A stretch of 64,000 bases of DNA from positions 55,862,001-55,926,000 of the forward strand of contig CM059432.1 in NCBI GenBank assembly GCA_030390025.1. The letters run 5' to 3'. The translations under genes were made by a program, and so were the position numbers. The notes below the pieces were generated by a model. It saw only the letters and a list, made by a program, of their open reading frames with translations, was not told where the DNA came from and did not search any database. This DNA is from Squalus acanthias (lineage: Eukaryota). Below are positions 1-9,945 of the stretch, one piece after another (the first letter of the stretch is position 1; every line of letters begins with the position of its first letter).

Positions 1-590
1 AATCGCTGCAGTCCGTGTGGTGAAGGTACTCCCACAGTGCTGTTAGGTAGGGAGTTCCAGGATTTTGACCCAGCGACGATGAAGGTTCGGCGATATACTT
101 CTAAGTCGGGATGTTGTGTGACTTGGAGAGGAACTTGGAGGTGGTGGTGTTCCCATGCGTCTGCTGCCCTTATCCTTCTAGGTGGAAGAGGTCGTGGGTT
201 TGGGAGGTGCTGCTGAAGAAGCCTTGGCGAGTTGCTGCAGTGCATCTTGTAGATGGTACACGCTGCAGCCATGGTACGCCAGTGGTGGAGGGAGTGAATG
301 TTTAAGGTGGTAGATGGGGTGCCAATCAAGCGGGCTGCTTTGTCCTGGATGGTGTTGAGCTTCTTGAGTGTTGTTGGAGCTGCACTCATCCAGGCAAGTG
401 GAGAGTATTCCATCACACTCCTTACTTGTGCCTTGTAGATGGTAGAAAGGCTTTGGGGAGTCAGGAGGTGAGACACTTGCCGCAGAATACCTAGCCTCTG
501 ACCTGCTGTTGTTGCCACAGTATTTATGTGGCTGGTCCAGTCAAGTTTCTGGTCAATGCTGACCCCCAGGATGTTGATGGTGGGGCATTC
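1..590 (-). mobile_element. CR1/Zenon-like LINE, 3' part of the RT ORF
   Basis: Minus-strand translation includes GQRLGILRQVSHLLTPQSLSTIYKAQVRSVMEYSPLAWMSAAPTTLKKLNTIQDKAARLIG. The YKAQVR motif is typical of Zenon-type CR1-group LINEs. Confidence 0.8.
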
Positions 591-868
591 AATATCCTTC
601 TAATAATATGGAGACCAGAACTGTGCACAGTACTCCCAAGTGTGGTCTAATCAAAGTATGTAGAAAACACACGCATTTCTGAGCAGAACCAGGAAACAAA
701 CCAAAAAAAAGGAACATAAAGATAGAAAGACTAATGAAAATGGAGATGCTGAAGTAATGCATTCAGACAACCTGAGAAATGCTAACAATTCATAGAGAGC
801 CGAGAGCCCCGGGAAGTTACTGGTCTTCCTGTGATTGACACCCAGTCCCACGCAGAGCGATTTCCTAC

Positions 869-1090
869 CTTGGAAACTGTGCAAACTCCTGTTCAGCTGT
901 TACTGCGTCGTCGCTGCTCGACACCAGCAGTGGGACTTTGTTGCACCCCGGCTGCTTCAGGAGCATCTCCAGCTATTTGACGGTGCATCGATGGTGGCCT
1001 TTGTACACAGTTCCACTTTACTGCTCACAATGAAGAAGGGGACCTTCAGAGCTATGACCAAGCCCAGGTGCTTCCCATTATGTTGCATAG
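869..1090 (-). pseudogene. GTPBP2: Isolated decayed exon of GTP-binding protein 2
   Basis: The minus strand reads KHLGLVIALKVPFFIVSSKVELCTKATID, frameshifts, then TVK*LEMLLKQPGCNKVPLLVSSSDDAVTAEQEFAQFP. Recalled GTPBP2 is EHLGLALALKVPFFIVVSKIDLCAKTTVERTVRQLERVLKQPGCHKVPMLVTSEDDAVTAAQQFAQSP. It is followed by a donor-like AG|GTAGGA. Confidence 0.85.
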
Positions 1091-1624
1091 ACTACTCTCT
1101 GCTTCTTGCTTTGTTCTTTGGTATGACTACACCTGATTGTGTAACAGTTAGGGATACTAGCTATCCATGCATTTTACCTTCGTGAAAACTAAAGATTGCA
1201 GCTAGAAGCCTATCTTAAATATAAGATAGCGATTGCATAGGATAAAGGGTTCAAACAAATTTGTTTTTTTTAAACTTCAGAAGCCAAGTTGAAGGGCCAA
1301 GGCCCATAGGCGGGACACCATTAAAGTTGAAAAGATGAGCTAATTTAAGAAGTGGTGATAAGATGATTAGCTTGAGTTTCAACAACCTGAAGGTTGTAGG
1401 AGAAAGGAAATAATAAGGGAGGTAAGGGTGTCCACATTTTTAAGAGAATTAATTAGCGATCTCTCTTTCACTTCCTTCCTTATTGGGTGACGAGCCATTT
1501 CTTGTGCTGTATTTTGCAATTGAAAAGATTATTGGTACAAGGAAATAATTGACCAAAAGTTCAAAGCCAGGAGTACAACTGTTTGTGCCAAAGATAATCT
1601 AAAAGTGACAGAGTTGAGAATGAA

Positions 1625-1971
1625 TTTGCTCTTGGGATGTGGTCCACTGGCAAGGTATTATTTATTGCTGTCCCTAATTGCCATATAGGCACTAAAAGCC
1701 AACCATGTAGTGTGGGACTGGCCACACTCCATGGTTGACTTTTAGTGCCTTCACTGCAATTAGGGATGGGCCATAAATGTAGGCCAGACTGGTTCCCTTT
1801 CCTGAAGGACATCAGTGAACCACTTGGGTTTTTACAACAGTCTTGGCAGCTTTTATAGTCATTTTCTGGTGCTAGCCCACAAATGACCAGCTTTATTGAA
1901 TTCATGGTGGGATTTGAACTCTTTGACATCTTAGTTGCTAGTTCATTACTATAACCACTAGGCTACTGTGC
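1625..1971 (-). mobile_element. tRNA-headed SINE with a Zenon-like LINE 3' tail
   Basis: Minus strand has an A-box-like TAGCCTAGTGG and a B-box-like GAGTTCAAATCC. The body is shared with 50113-50370. The tail ggcaattagggacagcaataaa matches the LINE end at ~58987-59007. Confidence 0.65.
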
Positions 1972-2933
1972 GCCGGTGATGGAGGGAATGTACCTTTAAA
2001 GTGGTGGATGGGGTGCCAATCAAGCGGCTGCTTCGAGTGTTGTTGGAGCTGCACTAGCGAGTATTCTATCACACTCCTGACTTGTGCCTTGTAGATGGTG
2101 GATAGGCTCTGGGGAGACATGAGGCGAGTCACTTGCTGCATGATAACCTGCCTCTGACCTGCTCTTATAGCTACAGTATTTATGTGGCTGGTCCAGTTAA
2201 ATTTCTGGTCAGGGGCGACCCCCCCCCCCCTGCCCCCCAAGATGTTGATACTGGGGCATTCGGTGATGGTAATGCCGTTGAATGTCAAGGGGAGTTGGCT
2301 AGACTCTTGTTGGAGATGGTCATTGCTTGACACTTGTGTGGCGCAAATGTTACTTGCAACTTATCAGCCCAAGCCTCAATGTTGTCCAGGTCTTGCTGCA
2401 TGTGGGCACGGACTGATTTATTATCTGAGGACTTGCGAATGGAACTGAACACTGTGCAATCATCAGCGAGCATCCCCATTTCTGACCTTATGATGGAGGG
2501 AAGGTCATTGTTCTCGAGGGCAGTCATTCTCACCTCGCCTCTGGAATTCAGCTCTTTTGTCCATGTTTGGACCGAGGCTGTAATGAGGTCTGGAGCCGAG
2601 TGGTCCTGGTGGAACCCAAACTGAGCATTGGTGAGCAAGTTATTGGTGAGTAGGTGCCACTTGATAGCACTGTTGATGACGACACCTTCTGTCACTTTGC
2701 TGATTGAGAGTAGGCTGATGGAGCGGTAAGTGGCCAGATTGGCTTTGTCCTGCTTTTTGTGGACAGGACACACCTGGGCAGATTTCCACATTGTCGGGTA
2801 GATGTAGTTTTGTAGCTGTATTGGAACAGCTTGGCTAGAGGCGCGGCTAGTTCTGGAGCACAAGTCTTCAGCACTACAGCCGGGATATTGTCGGGGTCCA
2901 TAGCCTTTGCTGTATCCAGTGTGATCAGCCGTT
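1972..2933 (-). mobile_element. Internally deleted Zenon-like LINE (RT fragments)
   Basis: ORFs 2692..2955, 2285..2983 and 1938..2333 carry LKTCAPELAAPLAKLF, WKSAQVCPVHKK, QFGFHQDHSAPDL, LADD and IYKAQVRS motifs. Confidence 0.85.
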
Positions 2934-3972
2934 TGTAATATGCAGCAACATGCATAGAAGAGAATGATGATTACTACCCACATGCGTGAGGCTATTTTGA
3001 TGAATTGCAGCTAGATTATGGTGTGCTTTCACTGTTAGCCTGATCATTTTTACAACGTTATCTATATTAATTCAATTTTAAATTATTCTACGTTTCTACA
3101 CTTTTAAGTGTCATGCAGCATTTCTGGCCCACTGTTAAGCAACATGTTCACAGGATTCTTCTAATGTTGTTGTTGTTGATTAGAAGTGTGACTCCTCTGC
3201 CAATTTTTCCTTCTTCCCATCAAGGGAAGGACTGGCCATACACTCAATGTCAAGGCTGGATTGTGTGCGGAACTGAAGATACAAGTCAACATCATACTGT
3301 TGAGCATAGTGTATTGACACCAGTGTTGCCCAGATTGCGGATGTTCAGTGGTGAAACTTGATAATGCTTTTGAGGTTAGGCTGATGAATTTCATTTTAGT
3401 GAAATGGAAATGGAAAGATTGACTCAGTAATAAACATTTATGGAACTTTATATATAGAGAAAAACTTGGCAGTAAGTAAAACAAAAAATGGTGAAACTTG
3501 CCATTAAGCAAGCAATGTAAAAAACTGACCAGGTTAACAAATGGTGAAAGAATATCTGGGGGGAAAAAAAGATGGCTATAATTAACTGAAATACATCTTA
3601 CAAAAGCAGATGCAGAACATTAATTGTTCTAGAATGCACAGACGTGGGTGTATAGAAACACAAAGGCCTTGAAATTACCTGTTTAGAATAATTGGGTCAA
3701 CACCTTCACTAAAACAACTGAGAGGCACCTCTGATGAATGTATTGTTACACTGATGCTCTATAGTGTAGTTTCAAGGCCAAAGTACTGAGTGTGAAGTGC
3801 TGATGAATTTAGTTTTACTGTATGCTGTACTGGAATGCTAAATACAATTTGATAATATGCAGCAACATGCATGCAAGAGAATGACGATTACTACTCACTT
3901 GCGTGAGGCTTTTTTAATGAATTGCAGGTAGATTATGGTGTGTTTTCACTGTTAGCGTGATCATTTTTACAA
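2934..3972 (+). repeat. Pair of ~120-bp diverged direct repeats (2934-3055 and 3853-3972)
   Basis: Both copies read taatatgcagcaacatgcat...attatggtgtg.tttcactgttagc.tgatcatttttacaa with scattered substitutions. Confidence 0.9.
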
Positions 3973-4504
3973 TAGCATGTCTTGTGTCTGCTATCTTAGT
4001 CATGATAGTAGAATTTTTTTCTTTGTTTCTGGTTAGGTCTCTGCAGTTTTTCTCCTTTTCTAATTGACTGAATTTGTTGTTCACCAATCACATTATGCAA
4101 AACCTTATGGCCCCACTTCATTTTTATCCCCCATTTCAATTAGCAGAAAATCTACCCAACCAGAATGTAGCAAAAAAAATCTAAGATATAACTATCATGT
4201 CACTACTTACCCAAGCTCAGACCAGGATCAAATCTTGTGCTGCAAATGGTGTGAATTCCTAGTTGAGTCAATTATCATATACTCCCAGAAAAAAGGTGGC
4301 ACTTCCATTTACAGACGTGAAGTAAATGAAGTTGGTAAAGAGACCCATGTTGTCTCTTTACTTGAGTAGTAATGAAAATAGTCATTGCTTCAGGTTCAAT
4401 ACCTTTATTTCTTCCTTCAGCACGCAAAGCAACTTACAAACGGAGTAGATTCACAGAGTACAATAGCATGCATCCTAACCTTGTACTAAACTTCAAAACA
4501 CTAA

Positions 4505-5380
4505 GGACGCGATTTTGTCATTGGATGTGGGTTGGAGCGGGTCAGGTGGTTTCCGGCTTCCAGTCCTGCCCCCAACTACATTCGGCCCACGGACGTGATT
4601 TTACGCAGATTGACCTTGTTCAGCCTGCCCTGCAGGCTTGCCGGCCAATTAAGAGGAAGCCGGTCAGATGATGTCATTTAATGATGCGTCATCTGCTGGT
4701 TTTGTTAAAGGGACCACGCACAATTTTTTCTTTGACAGCTCATTTCTCTGTGTTTGACAGCATTGAGGTGCTGTAAACACTGACAATCACTGTACAAAGG
4801 TGAGCTCTTGCACCCAGGCTCTCCAGTGACTCTCTCCATAGGCTAGAACAGATGGCAGCTGCAGGTGAGGTTACAGAAGCTATCTGTCACTGGTGAGAGA
4901 GGTTCTCCCAATGAGGTGGGACTAGATATCGATTTCAAACCTCTTAACCTACAGAAAAATGTAAATACATTAAAAATGATTTCCCCAACATTTTCTTAAC
5001 TCTGCAACTCACCAGTGCACCATTGGATCCTTCACACCACTTCTGCAGCTGTCATCAATGCAGAAACACTACAGCAGACTCACAACGCGCCACACTTACC
5101 TGGCGTGGTGTCCGGATGTCAGGAACCCCGAGGCAGAAGCGGCAAAATTGAAAAAGAGCCTGTTAACAACTATCAAATACCTGTTAACAGGAAGGTGAGT
5201 GGCTTTAATCCTTTTCCCGCCGCTAGGTGTCGGGTCCATGCGCAAATCGGGGACACGACACTTGGGAAAATTGTTTGGAGGCGGGTTGATGGCGGGATCG
5301 AAACCTGCCGTCGATCAAAATGATTTTGACCCTTGACCCGCCTCCAAACCCGCCCTCTCAATGCCGATAAAATTGCGGCC
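4505..5380 (+). mobile_element. Non-autonomous PIF/Harbinger element
   Basis: Imperfect TIRs ggacgcgatttt / aaaattgcggcc with a TAA target-site duplication on both sides. The 3' ~290 bp is homologous to 55885-56147. Confidence 0.8.
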
Positions 5381-5599
5381 TAAATGTCTGTTTTTATATA
5401 ATTCTGTACCTGTAGTGAACTCAAATCTGCCTCTTTTTCCCTTGATTGGATTCCTTCTGACCTAACATGGTCACTCCCCTCCAGTACATTTCCATTACAG
5501 CCAGCCTAAAGACTAAGCTTCATGGCATGTAACATGTCCCTTATCTCATCTGCTCCCAACTCTTAATTGGCCTGCTTTTACCAGCATAAGAGTTTTTAA

Positions 5600-6036
5600 A
5601 AAATAGAAAAATAAAATGTTATCATTCATTATACATTAAAAACCCTGTCCAACAAGGTAAGTTTATTTTTAACCCCATTAAAAAAAATTCAAAAAATTAA
5701 ATTTTTGTTTAAAATATTTAATTAAATGGCATTTTAATTAATTTTAAATATGTAATTAAAAAAATAAGTAATGTGTTCGTGTACTTATTAAGTGATTCCC
5801 ATTCATACTTATGGGAGTTCCATACTTTATTTGTTGGTTGGGCCGGCCCACGTGATCCCAGGGGCGCTTGCGAACCACATGTGCCCCTGGGATACGTGGG
5901 CCTCTGCCCGCATGGACCTGAAGAGGCTCAGGATCGCAAGCCTCCGTATCTCCTGGGCCACCAGGTAAATGTGTAGATTTTTTACAGGTCAGAGGCATCA
6001 GCCCCGCGGGAAGCCTCTGATCGCAGATTTTGGGCC
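5600..6036 (-). mobile_element. Partial Harbinger MITE related to the 14.5-17.3 kb family
   Basis: Ends in atttttgggcc-like TIR. Contains ggcccacgtgatcccagggg, the reverse complement of the motif at ~16730-16750, and the same AT-rich core. The left boundary is approximate. Confidence 0.65.
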
Positions 6037-6805
6037 AATGGAATCCTTACTTAAAGATGTAATAGAAAATCACCTAGAAACTGAAGACATCATAAAGAAT
6101 AGTCAGCACGGATTTCAAAATGGAAGGACATGCTTGACCAACCTTATTGAATTCTTTGAAGAAGTAACAGGAAAGATAGTTAAGGATAATGCAATAGACA
6201 TAATATATTTGGATTTTCAAAAAGGCCTTTGATAGAGTAGACTCATGGAGTTAGAGGAAAAGTAGCAGAATTGATAGCAAGCTGGCTAGAAAACAGAGTA
6301 GGGGGGTTAAAGGTAGTTACTCAGACTGGCAAAAGGTGGGAAGTAGTGTTCCACAAGGATCGGTGCTATTCACCATTTACATGAACGATTTGGACTCTGG
6401 AATCGGAAGAACAATTTCAAAATTTGCGGACGACACTAAATTGGGTGGTATAGTTAATAAAGAGGAGGACTACGACAAAATACAGGAAGACGTTAATAAA
6501 CTTTCTCCTGCTCCTATTTCTTCTGTTCTAACATAAAACTAAAGGAAAGAGCATAGAAAAGTGCAAAGAATGTAAATTCTGTGGACGAGGAGAGATTTAA
6601 AGAACAGCAAAGGAAGACAAACAAGATAGAAGAGCTGCAAAAAGGAATATGAAAAGAAATTTGTGAGGGATATCAAGATTAACACAAAATGTTTTTGCAA
6701 TTATATTAGAAGAAAAAGGATAGTGATGTGGGCCCTTTAAAAACAGATGCGGGTAATATTGCAAATGAAAATAAAGAAATGACAGAGTTGTTGAATAATT
6801 AATAT

Positions 6806-7262
6806 GGGGGGGATTTTAACCCCATAAAACAAGTGGGTTGGAGACAGGTGGGAGGTTGAACTGTTAGAAATCTGAATCATGACTCCAACCCGCCCATTTC
6901 CGGTATTAACGGAGGCGGGTCGGGGGATGGGCAGCCAACCCGCTTGCAGGAGGTGGGTTGGCACTTTAAATATTACAATGAGGCTCCGTGCCTCATGGTT
7001 ATCCACCATTTTAAATTTAACTCTGGGCGGGCAGGTTTCCCAAGCCTCGGGGAACCCACCAGCCAAAGGGAGGCGAGGACTGCTGGATCCAAGAGGTACG
7101 TGCCTTTCCACTTACCTGCTGGATCCAGCAGTCCTGCCTCACGAAACTCAGTGATTGGACACCCCCCGAGGCCCCGACCTTTCCGATCTCCCCTGACCTT
7201 CCCCCCCCCCCCCCCCCCCCCCTCCCCCGAGGCCTCCGACCTCCTCATCACCACGAGACCTC
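6806..7262 (+). mobile_element. Probable left part of a GC-rich Harbinger-like MITE
   Basis: Begins tat|ggggggggattttaac, resembling the GG(N)nATTTT termini of other Harbinger elements here. The right end is replaced by a CR1 3' end. Confidence 0.4.
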
Positions 7263-7626
7263 CGACAGGGCTAGACAGACTGGATACAGGGTGGATGTTT
7301 CCCCTGGCTGGGGGGGTCTAGAACGAGGGGTCACAGTCTCAGGATACGGTGTAGGACATTTAGGACTGAGATGAGGAGAAATTTCTTCACTCAGAGGGTG
7401 GTGAACCTGTGGAATTTTCTACCACAGAAGGCTGTGGAGGCCAAGTCACTGAATATATTTAAGAAGGAGATAGATAGATTTCTAGACACAAAAGGCATGT
7501 TAGGGGTATGGGGAGAGAGCGGGAATATGGTATTGAGATAGAGGGTCAGCCATGATCATATTGAATGGCGGAGCAGGCTTGAAGGGCCGAATGGCCTACT
7601 CTTGCTCCTATTTTTCTATGTTTCTA
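7263..7626 (+). mobile_element. 5'-truncated CR1 3' end
   Basis: GLDRLDTGWMFPLAG...FFTQRVVNLWN coding remnant followed by the 3' UTR ending ggcctactcttgctcctatttttctatgtttcta. Confidence 0.85.
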
Positions 7627-8179
7627 ACTTGCAGAATGGGTATGTAATTGGCAAATGAACTTCAATATAGACAAGTGTGAGGTGGTATATTTTGGTAGGA
7701 AGAATAAGGAGGCCACATACTCCTTGGAAAATAAGTGTCTAAATGGGGTAGAGGAACAGAGGGCTCTGGGATACAGATACACAAATCACTAAAAGTAACG
7801 ATGCAGGTTAATAAGGCCATAAGAAGCAAACAAAGCACTGGAGTTCATCTCTAGAGGTATAGAATTGAAAAGCAATGAAATTATGCTAAACGTATAGAAC
7901 CTTGGTTAGACCACAGTTGGAGTACAGTGAACAGTTCTGGTCTCCATATTATAAAAAGGATATAGAGCAGGGGTGAGCAATTATTTGGGCTGGAGGGCCA
8001 CTTGACAAGTTTTGGTGAGCTGTTGAGGGCCGCACACAAAATTAATTGTGTTAACAACAGCTACCTTTAAAAAATTTGTTATGACATTTATTGTATAAAT
8101 AAGAACATAACATAAGAATTAGGAGCAGGAGTAGGCCATATGGCCCTTTGAGCCTGCTCCGCCATTCAGTAAGATCATA

Positions 8180-9207
8180 GCGTCATACAGCACAGAAAGA
8201 GGCCCATCGTGTCTGCGCTGGCCATCAAGCCTTATCTATTCTAATCCCATTTTCCAGCACTTGGTCCGTAGCCTTGTATGCTATTCGTTTCAAGTGCTCA
8301 TCTAAATGCTTCTTGAATGTTGTGAGGGTTCCTGCCTCTACCACCCTTTCAGGCAGTGAGTTCCAGATTCCAACCACCCTCTGGGTGAAAATGTTTTTCC
8401 ACAAATCCCCTCTCAACCTCCTGCCCCTTACCTTGAAACTATGCCTCCTGGTTATTGACCCCTCTACTAAGGGGAAAAGTTCCTTTCTATCTACGCCCCT
8501 CATAATTTTGTACACCTCAATCAGGTCCCCCCTCAGCCTTCTCTGCTCTAAGGAAAACAACCCCAGCCTGTCCAGTCTCTCTTCATAGCTGAAACGCTCC
8601 AGCCCAGGTAACATCCTGGTGAATCTCCTCTGCACCCTCTCCAATGCAATCACGTCCTTCCTATAGTGTGGCGACCAGAACTGCACACAGTATTCTAGCT
8701 GTGGCCTAACTAGCGTTTTGTACAGCTCCATCATAACCTCCCTGCTCTTATATTCTATGCCTCGGCTAATGAAGGCAAGTATCCCATATGCCTTCTTAAC
8801 CACCTTATCTACCTGTCCTGCTGCCTTCAGGGATCTATGTACATGCACACCAAGGTCACTCTGATCCTCTGTCCTTCCTAGGGTCCTACCATTCATTGTG
8901 TATTCCCTTGCCTTGTTAGTCCTCCCAAAATGCATCACCTCACACTTTTCAGGGTTAAATTCCATTTGCCACTGTTCTGCCCATCTGACCAACCCGTTTA
9001 TATTGTCCTGTAGCCTGAGGCTTCCCTCCTTGCTATTTACCACTCCACCAATTTTCGTGTCATCTGAGAACTTACTGATCATACCTCCTACATTCATATC
9101 TAAATCATTAATGTACACTACAAACAGCACGGGACCCAACACCGATCCCTGCGGTACACCACTAGACACAGGCTTCCAGTCACAAAAACAACCTTCGACC
9201 ATCACCC
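8180..9207 (-). mobile_element. Young 5'-truncated CR1 with an open RT C-terminal ORF (8225..9211), inserted in the 3' UTR of another CR1
   Basis: 328-aa ORF with [17 protein letters not shown] and [13 protein letters not shown]. The host CR1 tail at 8101-8179 continues at 9208. Confidence 0.9.
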
Positions 9208-9945
9208 TCATGGCTGATCTTCAACCTCAACTCCACTTTCCCGCCCGATCCCCATATCCCCTGATTCCTCTAGAGTCCAAAAATCTATCCAGCTCAGCCT
9301 TGAATATACTCAACGACTCGGCATCCACAGCCCTTTCGGGTAGAGAATTCCAAAGATTCACAACCCTCAGTGAAGAAATTCCTCCTCCTCTCAGTCTTAA
9401 ATCCCTTATCCTGAGACTATGCCCCCGAGTTCTAGACTCTCCAGCCAGGGGAAACAACCTCTCAGCATCTACCCTGTCAATCCTCCTCAGACTATTGTAT
9501 GTTTCAATGAGATCACCTCTCATTCTTCTGAACTCGAGAGTATAGACCCAATTTACTCGATCTCTCCTCACAGGACAACACTCTCATCCCAGGGATCAAT
9601 CTAGTGAACCTGCGCATAGTACTCCAGGTGTGGTCTCACCAAAGCCCTGTACATTTGTAGTAAGACTTCCTTACTCTAGTACTCCAACCCCCTTGAAATA
9701 AAGGCCAAAATGCCATTTGCCTTCCTAATTGCTTGCTGTACCTGCATGCTAACCCTCTGTGTTTCCTGTCCGAGGACACCTAAAACTCTCTTAACACCAA
9801 CATTTAATAGTTTCTCTCAATTTAAAAAAATATTCTGTTTTTCTATTCTTCCTACCAAAGTGAATAACCTTGCATTTCCCCACATTATACTCCATCTGCC
9901 ACCTTATTGCCCACTCACTTAACCTGTCTATATGCCTTTGCAGGC
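9208..9945 (-). mobile_element. CR1 3' portion (its tail lies at 8101-8179)
   Basis: ORF 9227..9571 LEFRRMRGDLIETY...RVVNLWNSLP. The upstream QQAIRKANGILAFI segment is present. Confidence 0.85.

Noticed and set aside
655-682. Candidate next GTPBP2 exon after the polypyrimidine tract and CAG
   Set aside because: The translation (NACVFYIL) does not credibly match the expected VTPIFTLSSVSG.
4800-4900. Possible Myb-domain N-terminal remnant (LAPRLSSDSL) inside the Harbinger element
   Set aside because: Similarity is too short to distinguish from chance.
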